64,000 nt of DNA, taken from positions 164,276-228,275 of the forward strand of contig MU619257.1 of the NCBI GenBank assembly GCA_025201805.1, given 5' to 3'. Below the pieces are notes generated by a model. The model made no database searches. It was not told the origin of the DNA and saw nothing but the letters and a program-made list of their open reading frames with translations. The number at the start of each line of letters is the position of its first letter. Positions within the stretch are counted from its first letter, which is position 1. Source of the stretch: Parasitella parasitica NRRL 2501 (lineage: Eukaryota > Fungi > Mucoromycota). Both the position numbers and the translations under genes were made by a program. Of this stretch, positions 37,494 to 51,539 are shown piece by piece.

Positions 37494-38771
37494 CAAGACT
37501 ATTACATCTTGGGCAAAGTATACGATAAGGGAGCTGTGATAACCCTTAAAAGCGCACGCTTCTGTAAATAATTCAATAAAGTGATATTTATATATACACC
37601 TCAACTTTCTTCAGCTGCTATAGTGTATTTCTTTTGCAATACAACTCGTCTTCCGCCTTATTGATTGCGGTTGTGGCACTTGATTTGTTGCTGATACCGC
37701 TGAGACATGGAGGGTAACATAGGTCCATCAGGATGAAGTATGCGCGATTTTCGCGGAGGATTAGATTAGTATCAATGAGGGCATGTATTTCAGAATAAAT
37801 AACAATACAAGTAAAAAGTATGCATTCGACAAATCGAATCTGCCTGCGCTGATTCACTTTTTGTGGTAAAACCAAATGCATCAAGTGCGTATTTGGCTTC
37901 AATAAGCACTTCTATCAGCTTGACGTATATCTCTATGCTTGCGGCTGATGATCCATGAGCTTTTGCTGTCGACGATATTGCTTTTGCAAAGCTTTCGAAA
38001 TATTGCCTCAATTTCAGCACTCCTGTAAATCGTGCATGATACTATACTCACTTTTTTTGGGCCTCTCTTTCGTCGATCATCTTCCTCTTTGTTCGTTCAT
38101 TTTTAATGTAGGATCATACCGTTTCAATAATGGTGCTGTCGAGCAGTAGGTTGTCTTCTTTCCTCAATGGCTCTACCTTATAATTCAAATATCTGAGGTC
38201 AAATTAGCTTCAATTCTCTCTACTATCAGATCCTTCCAAGCCCTCTCCTAGCATTGTGAAATGCTAGTAAAATATATCAGTAGGGCCCCTCCAATTTTCT
38301 GTAAATTTGCCGAAAAGAGCCGAGTACATAGAGTAACTCTCAATCAATCAATCGACCATGGAAATTTTGTGGTCAAGAACAATTATAGATATGAGCCAAA
38401 TGATAAACCATTAACAGAATGCATTTGGCCAGCTTTTCTTTTGCTCGCTCATTCAATGCGAGCCCTGATCAGTTTGAATAAAACCAAAAGCAACGGCATG
38501 GTCAGGGAGACTTGTTGTAAGGTGTTTCCTAATGTTTATCAAACATGGCCTTCAGATTATAATAGCTCTGTTGAAGGACATGACGTACTGGGACACAAAT
38601 CGGTTAATCAATTACAACTGACGTTGTCTGCAATATGAAGGAAAATACACTTTTCTCATTAATTAAGCTTAAACACAACTGCTAATTTCTTGGTAAGTAA
38701 TGCACATTGGCATTTTGACTCGACAGTTCAATAACCCAGCTTCTTTCAACAGAGAGCCTTAGAATTTGAAT

Positions 38772-39500
38772 ATGCCCGTAAGTTATAATATGGATATTAC
38801 TAAAAAGCGAGCAGCCTGACTTGAATATGCACTATTCGTCTCTTTTTCTTTTGTCGCTAGGCTTATCATTCACAATATAACGAAGGCGACTATCAATCTG
38901 TTGGTAATATGTTTTTATTACCTATCAAGACTAAATTCAGAGGAAATGCACCTTTTGGTGAGTTTATGTAAATCTCCAGTCGAGCTTGAGCATGCGCGTT
39001 AACACGATACGTAGCTGACCCCAACAGCGAAGACATTATCGACGAAGCCCTAGATTTATTCCGTGCCAACTGTCTTTTCCGTAATTTCGAGATCAAAGGG
39101 AATGCCGATCGTGTGCTTATCTATCTGATTTTATTCATCTCACAATGTCTGGGCTCAATCAACAAGTTAACACCTCAAGGCGAGGCATTCAAGACTTTGA
39201 ATACTTTGGCCGTGTCCAACTTTTCCATTCCTAGTGATCCAGCATTTCCCTTGAATGCTATGTATCAAGCACCTACCGATAAATTCCAGGCTGGTAAGGA
39301 TTGTACTTTTTTATTGAAAAAGAGAGAGTGCGTTGGTGTATTAATCGAAAAGAATTGTAATAGAACAAATGAAGCAATACATGCAGCAACTTCGTCAAGA
39401 GCTTGTGATTAGATTGGTTGAGAGGATTTATCTTGATGGACACCCGAGTAAATGGTGGATGTGTTTTTCAAAGAGAAAATTCATGAATCTTAGTCTTTAA
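38772..39500 (+). CDS. ARC18: Arp2/3 complex subunit ARPC3/Arc18 (p21), 4 exons including a 6-nt first exon
   Basis: MP|AYHSQ..., [58 protein letters not shown]. Confidence 0.95.
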
Positions 39501-39545
39501 ATGCAATAAAAAGCCGAGTAGTGGGGTAGATGCATACAAGAGATG

Positions 39546-40254
39546 CTATTTTTTGTGCTGTTGCCCACTCATATCGATACCTCGTTTTGCCCAAAATGAT
39601 TTACCATAAGTAACCAACTGACAGAGATAAGTCTTTTATGCTTTGGACAGATTTTTCCTTGAAACTTACCAATTCGTCTCCTTTTTTTATTTTGCGATTT
39701 CCATTAACAAAAATGCCTACTTTGATATGCTTTGTCTTTTCATCCATGTAATTCATAAAACAAACGTTGGGCTCGGGTCCACAGCCACGGAAATCGTTGC
39801 AGAACCTTGCTTCATTTCCACACCGGCCAGCATCGATAGACAAGTCTGTGCCATATCGTAGCACATAATCCGACGTAGCTTCGTAGCCATCCTTGTATTC
39901 TACCACGCCTAAATAATCCAGAATCAATTGCTTGGGATGTAATGTCTGCGCTGCGACAAGTCCATAGGCGCCATAGCAAGGATGGTTCTTGTCAGTTATC
40001 TTTTTAATCTTGATATTGCGTTTCTGTTCCTTTGGCCCCGGAAAAGTCCCAATCAGGTTGACATGTTCGTTCATAAAGTTAATTGTTCGTCTTAGGTCCT
40101 CCACCTTAGGGTTTGTTGGTTGGTATAATTCTTTTAATTCTGGAGGGACGCTGGGGGCCCAGAAGAGCTTGTCAATGAATTTCGTCTCTGGTGTCCAACC
40201 GGATGGCGATGGCACAGTTTTAACATTCCGTAAATATGCTAAATGATTGCTCAT
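39546..40254 (-). CDS. Small SET-domain methyltransferase (2 exons)
   Basis: YGLVA, LDYLG, IDAGRCGNEARFCNDFRG, IKKGDEL|LVTYGKSFW. ATG at 40254 (MSNHLAYL). Confidence 0.85.
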
Positions 40255-40792
40255 CAGGAAATGATCAAGCAGAAGAGAAAAAAAAAACTTCTTCAACAAG
40301 GTCCTACTTGACAGAAGCGGAGTCAAAGTAGCTTTTGATCTACTGTAGCTATTGTTGAGATTCATGTACCTGTATTCTTTTGTAACAAAGGCACTCTCTT
40401 TGTAGTAGGCATATTTTATTGTCTTGGGGAACGCATTTGAAATATGCACGCATTCTGGCTGTTTGACTAAGGAGATTAGTTTCAGCAGAATGAGAATCTT
40501 TGTTAGGATAAATCATATCATATCATTTTTTTCTTCTGTGTTCAGCAAGGGGGAGTGTTGCCTTCAAAAGTCCTATATCATTTCATATGCTACTTTGGAT
40601 ATTCCATGCAAACAATATTAACACACGATGTTATGCCAATGATAATCTTAAACATAAATATCTACATATATCAGCCACTATTAGATGAAAACTTGCTGCT
40701 GATTTTTATTGAAAAAAGAAAAAGGTACATTTGATATATGTAGTTTACAAAAAAAAAAAAAAAAAAAAAAAAACGTATGTTTGCGATTAGGA

Positions 40793-42522
40793 TTACTTGA
40801 TTTCTTCTGTGAGGATACCAAATCCAGAGTCATTTAGTACAATTTCGGAGGAATCAACTGTGCAATGTATAAACATACAAGTCATTAGTAAACACGCATA
40901 CGAAATAAGGAGAATCATACGTAATACATACAATCACTAGACAGATTCTCTTGATAATTAGACACTGTAGATTTACTTGAGAATGAAATAGCATCGTCAG
41001 CATCCTGTTGTTGTTCTTGGCGAGCGTATTTTTTGTGATACTTTTTGTTTGTTGCCCATTGCTGTTTTTGCTCTTGAAACATGCAATGTATGAGCGTCTT
41101 CAGTTGAGTGTTGTGTACATTTAGCCAATGAACACTTGACTTGAGCCAGTCCATAGATTGAGCCTGCTTGTTTATGAACCGTTTTGCCTCATGCAATTCC
41201 GTTAACAACTGATTCAGCTCTTTTATATGCTTTTGTTCCACTGCTTCGGTCTTCCTTCTTAAATGGGGGATTACTGCTGTGTCCATATAGCTCCTGTAGT
41301 CGTTGAATCTCTGGTCCAGATGTCTAATTGTCGACGCCTTTTCTTGTAGAGCGCGGTCTCTTTCGCCAATTTCCTCATCTTTTAGTATTGATCGAGATTC
41401 CAGCTGCTGTATTTGGTCTTGCTGTGCGTGCGATCGAGTCGTTAAATCATGATTTACTTGTTTCAGACCGGCTGTTTCCATAATCTGGACCTCGAGCTGT
41501 TGCTCAAGTGAGAAAATGGATTGGGTCATGCAGGTTGCTTTATGCTTTAATTCAGTCATTTGCATATCCTGCTGTGTTGCATTGCTTTGGGATTCCGCAA
41601 GCTGAGCCGTCAAGGAATGTACTTGTGCCTCAAGCAATGTGCGCACCTGTTGACTTGATTGCTGTGCCTCTTGCAAGTCGCACACGCTTTGTTTGTGAGC
41701 ACCAATTTCTAGGCGCAGGGCCTCTTTTTCTTGAAGCTGCTTGGTATGTTCTAATTGCGCATTTTGTAGCGTTTCTTCTAATTGCTCAATCTTTTTCTGC
41801 AATTGAGCAGCTTTTGTTGATTTCTCTTGACGTTGAATCTAAAGGGGGCATACGATTTAGAAGCCTGTTCAGGCACATGTTGTTTTAAAAGAAAATACTT
41901 GCGGTCTTTTGAAGCATGGCATTTTTGGATCTTAGATCTGCTAATTCTAAATCCCTGTCCAGCAGCAGTGCCTTTGTCTCGTTCTTCTCAGTTTCCAATG
42001 TTTGTATTGTAAAATCCATTTTTCTGGTTTTTGTCTGTAGGGTCTCGATCTCCTTTTGCATTGCATATCTGTACTTTTCGAAAGGGTTCATCGTCTCTGT
42101 AGGACTAATTGATGATTTCCTAGGTGGCGAAGAGCGAGGGCCGTTTTCATCTGATGTCCTGTTTGAGCTTGTTGTAGATGAAATAGATATACTCGTGGTG
42201 GTTGATTCATTGTTAACAGCATAAAAATCGCTTGACATAAATGGATCTACCAAGCGCAAATGTTACGAGCAAAGCAAATGCATTATTTTGTCTGTGAATT
42301 ACCGTGATGACCTTCAGAAAATCGATTTGTTTGGGTCAGAAATCCGTATCGTTTATGCTTGGCAGAGTCTTCGACCGACACTTGATATTCACCAGGACCT
42401 GGAATATAGTCTTTGCCAGCTGAAAAGTAAACAGGAGGAGGAAACAAAACGAGTTCAGTGATACAAGATGCATCCGCCATTTTAATACTACCTTCTGGAA
42501 ATCGCTTTGACTTTGCAAACAT
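40793..42522 (-). CDS. Coiled-coil protein with an HMMR/RHAMM-like N-terminus (KRF...PGPGEY), multi-exon
   Basis: Spliced start MFAKSKRFPEAGKDYIPGPGEYQV...GFLTQTNRF, then long heptad-rich Q/E/L segments (41885-42259, 40915-41802). Last exon ends ...ILTEEIK*. Confidence 0.65.
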
Positions 42523-42867
42523 GTATCGGCTTATATATACCACAAATGCTCAACACAAATAGGAGGAGGGGTAAAGTGAAATTTTAAAGAAAGAGAAAAG
42601 AAAAAGATGTGTTTATCCATTGAAATGTCTGTTGTAAATTCCTCCCTTTTGAGCAATGACACAATAATAAATAAAAACTCCCTTCATACACATAATGCTA
42701 GTTCGGGCTCTCCAAGCAACATTTTATCATTCATACCCACACCACTACTACCACTACTATGCCAAAATGTGTGTGTCTAGACCAAAGCCCATTTTATTCC
42801 ATCGTTGGTTTTGAATGTATGGTGAATAACACAAGCGAGTGTATAAAAATTACATGTATATTGGATG

Positions 42868-42907
42868 NNNNNNNNNNNNNNNNNNNNNNNNNNNNNNNNN
42901 NNNNNNN
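42868..42907. other. Assembly gap (40 N)
   Basis: Run of N. Confidence 1.
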
Positions 42908-42939
42908 AATAGGAGCGTTGTATTTACATATATGTCTTT

Positions 42940-43215
42940 TTAGAACAATTTTTTGGCTTGTTCGAGAGCAAAAGGAGCTATTTTGAATACAATGTAAGTA
43001 TCTCCGTGTATTGTATAATAATAAAAACTCGTTTTCTTGGACTTTACCAGCACGAATAGCTAAAACCACGAGGGCAAAATTAGACACAGTAGCTACTGTA
43101 CGTTGACGAAGCATAAGCTTTTGCTCGGGAGTAAGTTGAGGTTGCTATCAAAATTTTGTTAATTGGTCAATAATTAAGAACCAAAGACTGTTGCAAATAG
43201 GCTTACTTGAGGCAT
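42940..43215 (-). CDS. TOM5: Mitochondrial import receptor subunit Tom5, 47 aa, 3 exons
   Basis: Spliced MPQ|QPQLTPEQKLMLRQRTVATVSNFALVVLAIRA|APFALEQAKKLF*. Matches the Tom5 pattern (PE-rich N-terminus, NF..., tail anchor with Pro, basic end). Canonical GT-AG introns. Confidence 0.8.
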
Positions 43216-43412
43216 GAACATTTTTGCAGTGTATTAGTGTTGAAGAAGAGAGAAAGAAAGAGAAAACTTTGAGCCTACCCCTCCACCTGCCCCCCCCCCC
43301 GGTTGGCCAGTAATTCACTGTGAAGAAGGGTTCTCAACTGTTGATGTATGTGACTTAAATAACAATGATGTACATGTACGCAATGCAAGGGAATTGTAAT
43401 GATAAAATTAAT

Positions 43413-45501
43413 TTATTGAACTTTAAATGTGTGAGGTCTGCCGTATAAGGCTCGGTCTACACCACCAGGCGAACCGTACACTGTCAATGGGATTTGACAA
43501 TCAAATGTGCTGACTTCGATGTCCTGCAAACACTGATGATGAATGTGCTTTTCATCATTAATGATAGGTATAAAAGGTGGTTGGTTGTCAATGCTTGTGA
43601 TAAATTCAAATTTCAAAAAGTATTGTAATGACACTAAATTAGCAAGGAGATTTCAGTAAAGGTCATCGATTCAAATGATCTCATTCTAATATACCTCCTG
43701 TCGTCTGGAATTCAGGTGACACAGTTGCAGGTATTGGCAATGAGAACGATAATCGTCTGTTATCAAGACAGAACGAGTGAAAGTCTGAATGTGTCTTTCG
43801 TGAAACTCGTGATATATGCTGTGGTGTCCTCAAAGAGATGGTGTCTTCAACAGATTCGCAGCTTTCTAGGAAAATTGAGATCTGCCACATGTCAGCAGCA
43901 CATTGTTGTCATTTCCATGTGTTTCAATTACCTTGTATGTTGACAGAATAGCCTCACTAAAGTCTAGCACTCCAAGAACAGGCTCGCCTAGTCGATGGGC
44001 AGTTTTGATTAAATGCAGCTTCGCAACTCGCTGATTATGTTTACAAATGTCAAACATTGCTACAGTTACACAAAAGGTAAGCAACTGTCGTCTCATTATT
44101 GTCGACTCGTCTGTACCTTTTCTACTGCGATGTGTGAGTCTAGATACAACTTGAGAGCATGATCTATCCACTAGTTGCTCATCCACACTTCTGTCCTCGT
44201 AAGCATCACTCTCGCGTCTTGTAATCTCATGGATTGTGTTATTTTTACTGCAATTTTCAAACAATTCATTGACGTAGTCAAAAAATGCCTTTCTCTCTTC
44301 TAAATGCTGTTTAGGCTTTTTTGCAGTCTTTTTGGTTGGGTCTCCCTCTGCTTTTGTCGCATTATATTCGTGCACAACTGCCACATCTTTATATTGAACC
44401 ACTGGGTTCATTAAATCGTAAACCGGTCTTGATCCGTCTTCTGATACGTGATTCAGCACTCGAAAACGAATCTGCACAACTTGACCTTGTGTTGGTAAGC
44501 CAGGTTTCGCTGCCGCTGCATTGATGGGCGCTCTTTGTGCACCGACGACGAGATAATAATTAAATCGTATAGCTTTTCCTCTATGCGATGGAGGAATGTC
44601 ATTAGGTAATTGTATTTTATATGTATCTATAGGTAAATATCAAATTAGTATCTACCACATCTGTCGATTTTCATGCATTTACACTTTTTTGTTTCTCCCG
44701 GTGCTAAATCTAAATCAACAAATAAAATAGAAGGTGGCGTAGAGAATACTGGTAATGTGCGTGTATCTATCTGATAATTCAGTGAAACAATTTAGATGCC
44801 AAAACAAATATTTCGCTACCCAACATAGAATCTGATTTTGCTACCATTAGGCCTCCACCTCCACCAAGCCCACCCTGAGGATTATACATTGTATGGTGCT
44901 TTAAGGGTCCAAACTCACTCAGGTTAATCAAGCTAGGATCCGCCACAAAACTGCCTACAACTTGCGCAAATCCACATAATAGATGCTCTGATACAGTTTT
45001 TTTTAACGGTGAAGACGAATACCTTCTCGCATTGGGCTGAAAAGAAGAACGGAAAGAAGCAGTGGAATCCATGCTACTTCTTGGGCTTGGATGTAGAAAC
45101 GTGTCTATGCTCGAACGAGGCGTTGGAGAATCAAGTTCAACAGGGATGCCTTTTTCTTCGTCATGATCAAATAAAAGCGGATGAGGAGGGTCTTTACGAG
45201 TTGCTGTGGCGTTGGCAGTTGTTGTTATCGTCGTTGTGGCAGGCGCTGTTCTAGTTAAAAAGGCCAAGGTAGAAGAAGCCAATGAAGATATCGTACGTGG
45301 TTGAGGAGCAGGGCGCGTTTGTTGTTGTGATGCATTTGAAAATGGAATTGGAGTCGAGTTGGATGATGTTACTAGCTTGTTTGCAGATGATATGATGGGA
45401 TTTGTAAAGGAGATTGTGCAGGATAATGTTTCTCCAGCGTAAAAGACGGCGCCTTGGGAAAATGTGGTTGTAACTACAGAACACAGACAGTCAGTATTCA
45501 T
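43413..45501 (-). CDS. RGP1: Rgp1 (Ric1-Rgp1 GEF subunit), multi-exon
   Basis: VFYAGETLSCTISFTN, LLCGFAQVVG, PVFSTPPSILFVDL, LPNDIPPSHRG, LGEPVLGVLDF, FQTTG, LQYFLKFEFIT. Confidence 0.9.
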
Positions 45502-46550
45502 TATTCGTCAATTTGGATTTAATGAAAACCTTGCATCAATTTTTACCCAACACACTCATCGTCTATTATGGAAAGGGATTATAATACAAAGAGGAAACAA
45601 AAGCGAGGATTCTTTTTTCTACTTGTCGTGCCAAACAAATACTATAGGATTCTAAACCACGCACCTCTGATTCTTAATGCAAACATGATAAAGTGATTGT
45701 ATATGTGTTACAGATTCATTTTAATACAGCATTTATATCTTGTACTGCCATTTTTTTTTTTACAAGAGATGGTTGAAAATTGTGGCAAATGTGGTTTGTT
45801 TATTGTTGCTTGACGGAGCACTTTATCAAAAATGCATAAAAACTGTAGTGCCCCTCACTGTATTTCTTGCAGTTTACACTAATTCAAGCACTTGATTTCA
45901 AATGGTGGTGCAATATAGAGTCCGTACAAGATGTCTTGAAATACAACTTACAGAAGCTTCCCGCTCACTTGATTTTAGAAGCCCAAAATAGTTATTTGGT
46001 CTTATCTTTTGAAATACTGCGCTACCTTGAAGGATATCCTAAGCTCAACTATATGTATACATCTTTATAATTTATTTTAACACAACAACGCTTTTTTCAT
46101 GAACATTCATTATTTTTTCGACAAGTTGCTCCCCAAACTCGCAAACCACGTTTTTTTTTCCGTAAAGAAAGCTAAAAGTGTCAATAAAACAATCAAATGC
46201 GATTTTGACTTTATCGTCTAGGTGCACATTTTGCTTGATTTAAAGTTTGGAATGTAAATGATTTACGATTTTTTGAGCCATTAATTTGATATAATTTTCA
46301 TTATAAAGAATTTCACAAGTTATGAATTACCTATTGGTGTTATCGATACAACATCTGAACCGAAAAGACAGACCCCATTTTAGTCTTTCACTTAGAGAAA
46401 TAAAAGGAGAGATACTTTTTTCATAGCAGGGTTGCTTTTGAACCACGTTTCTGTTGTGCAGTTTATAGAGCACAAGAAAGAGTCGTTTTATATGTATACA
46501 AACAATGAAATGCAAGACGTTGCAAACTGATATTATTTATTAATTTGGGG

Positions 46551-46877
46551 TTATATATTATTGCTATAATGAGTATGATGATGCTGTGATGAAGATGTAG
46601 AAGGTAAAAACATTTTAAGTTTTTGTTGTTGATGGTGGCTATGATATTGTTGTTGGGTTTGATGTTGCTGCAGCTTCAATTGTTTCTGTTCATCACACTC
46701 TAGGAAGAAAAGCTGTTGTTGTTGCTGCTGCTGCTGGTAGCGGTGATGTGGTTGAAGGCTGTATTGGTGTGGAGGAACTGCAGGTGCCACAATAGAAGAA
46801 TTATTCATACACCTTGATGATCTCTTTTGTAAATCTTGAATAGAAGATGCTGAGGGCGATCTTGTGTGCAGCAACTG

Positions 46878-46947
<70 letters not shown>

Positions 46948-48938
46948 AATCCAACCTGGCGTAATGATTTCTGCAAATCTGCTAAACTCATATCTTCTTC
47001 TCCTTCATCTTCATCATCATTATCATTAACAGTGTTGTCCTTGTATTTCTCTAATTCTTTCTTTGTTGCTGTCAGTGACAAGAATTGTAGTGGAGATAAA
47101 GCATTCATCTTTTGCGTATCAAATAGATACTGTTGCTGCTGCTGGTACTGCTGGTACTGCTGCTGGTATTGTTGTTGCATTAATATGTTATCATCAGTAA
47201 GTGGCATAGAAGCTCTTCTAGTTATGATAGTTGGCCTTTTTACAATATTGTTATTATCCTGATTTGGACCTGAGAATTGCCCTGTTTTGCCTCCTAACTC
47301 TTTTTGGTCTTGTTCAATTTGTGCTCGCTGTTGTTGGCTCTGTTGTTGCTGCTGCTGTTGCTGCTGGTGGTGCTGGTTATAGTGCTTTTCATCTATTTTT
47401 AACTGTGCGTTTTCGAGGTAATGTTCATCTCCTTCATCTTTACATCCACTGCGGCTACCCCCAGAAACCGCGGCAGCAGCCATCGAGTCGTCTCCTTGAT
47501 TTACTTGAATTAGCTTTTTACCTCGAACAGACGTATGGTATTTCAAAATGTTGTTGTCTTGATTGATTGGATTCCGCTGGTGCTGATGATGCTCATAAGG
47601 ACATATTTCATCATCGCAAACAGTAACAACATCTTGGAAAAAGTTCATGTGCTGAATGATTTCGGGAGAAGTAGAAGAATTCACTTGACTATTGGTAGTG
47701 TAGTAGTTGTTATTGTTGTAATGAAAGCTGCTGTTCAGCGGTGCTTGTTGGTATAGGTCTACAGTTGATAGTTTTTGTATCATTGGCTTTCTTTTACTTG
47801 AAGTGCTGACTGTTCTATTTAGTGTGGGCGGATACTTATTACTGCTATTATTCATCCAATTGCGAACCTCGTCTGATCTTTTTTTCCTCAACGTAGGGCT
47901 AGGTCTTCCTTCCAAGGGCAACTCCTGATGTTGGTTGGAAGATGATGCAGCAACAGGTGCAATGCTGTTCGTTTTGTTACGTCTTAGTGAGCGTGAGTTG
48001 GTTGATCTCTTGGAGTTGCCTCTTCTTTTCATTGATTTGGGCCGGTTGCTCACGCTTGTCATGTCTGTGAATATGCTCATGGTATCGTCATCCGGTATAG
48101 GCTCAATAGGTGGAGGAGAAGATACTTTAATACATGGATCACTTGCCATAAGTTCTGCTAATGATTTTCTCCATTCCTCAATCACTCTTATTTTTTCATC
48201 TGAAAGAGCGGGTGGTTTTGCAAACTGCTGAATTGAATGTACAAGAGGTGTATTATCATCCACGGCGGCTTGTACAGCAGCTTGTTGCTGTTGTGCGTGC
48301 TGCGCCTGCGCCTGCGCCTGTACTTGTGCTACTTGATGTGCTGCTGCTGCTGCTGCTGCTGCTGCATTGGAGAGCGTTGGATAATAAAACTGCTGTTGAT
48401 GAAGTTGCTGTTGAACTTTATTCTTCACAGCCTGTGTGAATTTCCACATCTTGGTCAATACAAACAGCCATCGCTCTAGATCTTTTTGCTTTTGAGCTTT
48501 CAGGATGAAATGCTTATGGTCAAAGGTTCGTATAGAAAAGCATTTCGAAGTGGGTTGTTGCAATGCATTCTTTTTGGCTCTTTTTAGAACTGAAATTGCA
48601 GAAATATTGGCTACGTCTATCGTCCATTCAGGCAGCTGATAGTATTTTAGTTCGGTCGTGCTGGTTGATTCAACTAGTCTCTTGCTTTTGTCTTTGGGAG
48701 TAGCAAGTAAGGGCGATGTAAAAGAGTAGTTGGATTCCATGGATTGCAGCGGCTTGCTATGGTTTGGAGGTAGTTTGATTTTACGTGTTGATAGACAAGT
48801 GAAATTGGATCCATCAAATCTAAACAGCCTCCACAGCCATTGCTTTTTCTCTGTCCTGATAGAAAGATGGCCCTCGAAAATAGGCGTTGAGGTTACTGGC
48901 ACTTCTTCATCTCGGTTTGACGAGGGTACAAAGGGCAT
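46551..48938 (-). CDS. PH-domain protein with a long Q-rich disordered C-terminus
   Basis: FEGHLSIR...WLWRLFRFDGSNF...CFSIRTFDHKHFILKAQKQKDLERWLFVL. Likely ATG at 48938 (MPFVPSS). Confidence 0.8.
46879..46946 (-). repeat. (CAA)n(CAG)n polyglutamine microsatellite in the PH protein
   Basis: Forward strand reads (CTG)n then (TTG)n. Confidence 0.9.
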
Positions 48939-50616
48939 TTCTGAAATAGATAAAGAAAGGAAGGAGGGAAAAAGAAAGAAAGAGAGATTGAGGGGGGGGG
49001 GGGAAAGAAGAAGAAACAAGAGAAAGAGAAAAGAGGAGCACATTCGATTTAGCACCTGTTCGTCATTGTAACACAAATCCAAGCACCACATTTAATTAAA
49101 ACATACCTTTTCTTTGCTCTCATCATCGAACATTTTAAAATCTTTCTTTCAGCCATTGCAAATCGGTAAAAGTAGGTTTAGCTATCTGGTATTTTGCCAT
49201 GCCAAGGAGGTCAGACGTTAGATCCATCAGACCATTATTCTACGGTAGATTCAGGAGTAAATTAATGTGTTGCCGTCGATACTTTATGTTAATATATAAA
49301 TAGCATTTCACAAATGAGCAACTGTATCACTATTCCATCAATGTTGTAATTTGTCCAAAATATAATTTGATTTTACTCTTTTCGTTCCAATCCGCCAATC
49401 TTCTTCTTGAACCACTTTCAGGTCATAACACATACATGTCGACAAGCTTTCTTTCTTTCAACATCACTATATACACTGGACCTTCTCTCATGTAGAGTCG
49501 GAATATGGATTTTATCATTATCGCAGGTGCAACAGGTCCGAGGGAAGTTGGTACAGCAATGTGCATGAAACTTGAGTATGTTGTAGAATAATAGAATTTG
49601 GGGAACAATCAACCAAACGTCTTGCTGACGTGGAGAATAAATAGCCTTTTGTAGCATATTTGTACAGTACATTGTAAATTTACGGAAGAGCCTTGTCAGT
49701 GTTCGAAAAAACAGCATTATCAAGTCTAAAAGTGTAGGTGTCGAAGAAGCTGAAGAGGAGATTACGAAACCAGGAATACCGTCAATACCAAAACAATATG
49801 TATCACAGGAGACTTAAGAAAGAATTCACAATATTGATCTCTTAAGTCAGAAATGAAACAGTAACTGAGGATGAGTATCTGGCGAAAGCTTGCTCAAAAG
49901 TTCTACCTGTTGAGCGCAAGTTTGACATGGCTTTGTAAGGCTTTAAGAAGGTAGTCGATGAGATACAGAAAGATAATTCCTTTTCAATCAAGAAAACTAA
50001 ACCTAAACATAATCTTCTTCAAGAACCGCAGGGTTCAAACAAATTACCCAAATAAATGGCATTCAGGCAAACTCTCGATTATATACGAAGCAAAAATTTG
50101 AATTACTTGATGCCACAGATAAATTTACCGAAAGTAATGGCCACATAAGAAAACAAGGTTCCCTATCAGGTAAATTCGGAAAGATAGAATTGTAGCGGAT
50201 TCTCATTGTTAATCTTTTTTTTTTTTTGCAAGAAAATGTATACTTTACAGCATTAAATGCCTGACTACTTTCACGTACGCCAAAAAACGTTTTTCTCCTC
50301 GTGTAGCAAATATTATCGCTTAAGACACTATAAAATGCATTGATTTGTAAATATCACACTTGTAATCACCCAAAGTAATTGTTTTCACAAAGTTAATAGA
50401 AGGTTTTCTCTTACTATTCAATCTGTAGTGCTCAAAATCGCACTATAAAACGATTTTCCATAAATCTTGGTTACTACCTCATGCATTTCTAGCAAAAAGA
50501 TTGAGAAAAAAAAAATCACAACATCAAAGATTTTACCATGCTTTACATTAATCGGAAATATTTTATTTTCTCATAAACGTGAAAAACGTGAAAAACGTGA
50601 AAATATGTAGTGAGAT

Positions 50617-50845
50617 TGTTGTGCCTGTGCCAACAGGCGCAGCGAAATGTTATGTAAATGTTATATAAAAGAAGTAATAAAGACTTTTCTGAATAAAACC
50701 AGATACAAAACTGAAGACTTTTATTGATATAAGATAGGATCTCTATTTATACTAAAATATATCCCAATCAATGTTTATCCACATAACATCTGATGTTTGA
50801 CAAGAAGTGTCAAACCTTATAATAAATCACAGCATTTCCAGGACA
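50617..50845 (-). mobile_element. Solo-LTR-like unit, second copy of A1
   Basis: Long exact matches to 16172-16398 (AAGACTTTTCTGAATAAAACCAGATACAAAACTGAAGACTTTTATTGA...ACAGCATTTCCAGGACA). Confidence 0.75.
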
Positions 50846-51370
50846 GACCTATTCTTCTATTTTACATTAAAGAGAAGATTGGGTAGGATGTCTTCTCGAC
50901 ATCCCGCGATCTGATCTTGATGTGTTTTTTGAATAAGCCTGGAACCTTGCAAGAGGTCCAATTACAGCTTGTAGCTTATTCCTTATTTTTAAAAGAATTA
51001 CCAACAATTAATAACATGATCCGTGCATTATGACTATGTTAGATATTACATATGTAGCCTTTACATGGAAACAACAGAGATAATTAAAATTTGCAATATA
51101 TAAGCGCTGATAGACTACGATAAAGAGCAAATCAAAGCCTGTCTTATGCGCCATAAGAACAGGCATGCTCATCGCTATATGAGCATAACTTGCTTTCTAC
51201 TGGGCGATGTCTCTATCAAAAGTTATCTGCAAAAACAGTTTTGGTTATGCGCAGAGCTGAGGATATATAAATATAATCTGCTCAAAAAATGTATAGACTT
51301 TTTAAAAATAAAATCAGACACAAAAAACTAATGACTTTATTGATAAGAAAATATCATCTTTTCATACAAG
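50846..51370. repeat. Dispersed non-coding repeat, copy 2 (homologous to 16879-17490)
   Basis: Same ordered conserved blocks as copy 1. Confidence 0.85.
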
Positions 51371-51539
51371 AATATATCTATTGTAACACTATTTGTCATC
51401 ATGGTTAAACATAGAACTTGGTATGCTATATATTGTTGATCAATAGCTTATTCCTTGTCATTGTTTACAAAGAATTACCAATCTAATAATTGCTTAATCG
51501 CATGCCTTTCTGGCACAACACAACACGGTGGCTATACGG

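Noticed and set aside
37618-38260. Minus-strand hypothetical gene
   Set aside because: Coding-like fragments, but I could not assemble a consistent spliced ORF or recognise a domain.
49400-50200. Gene or retroelement remnant
   Set aside because: Short coding-like stretches broken by stops, with no diagnostic motif.
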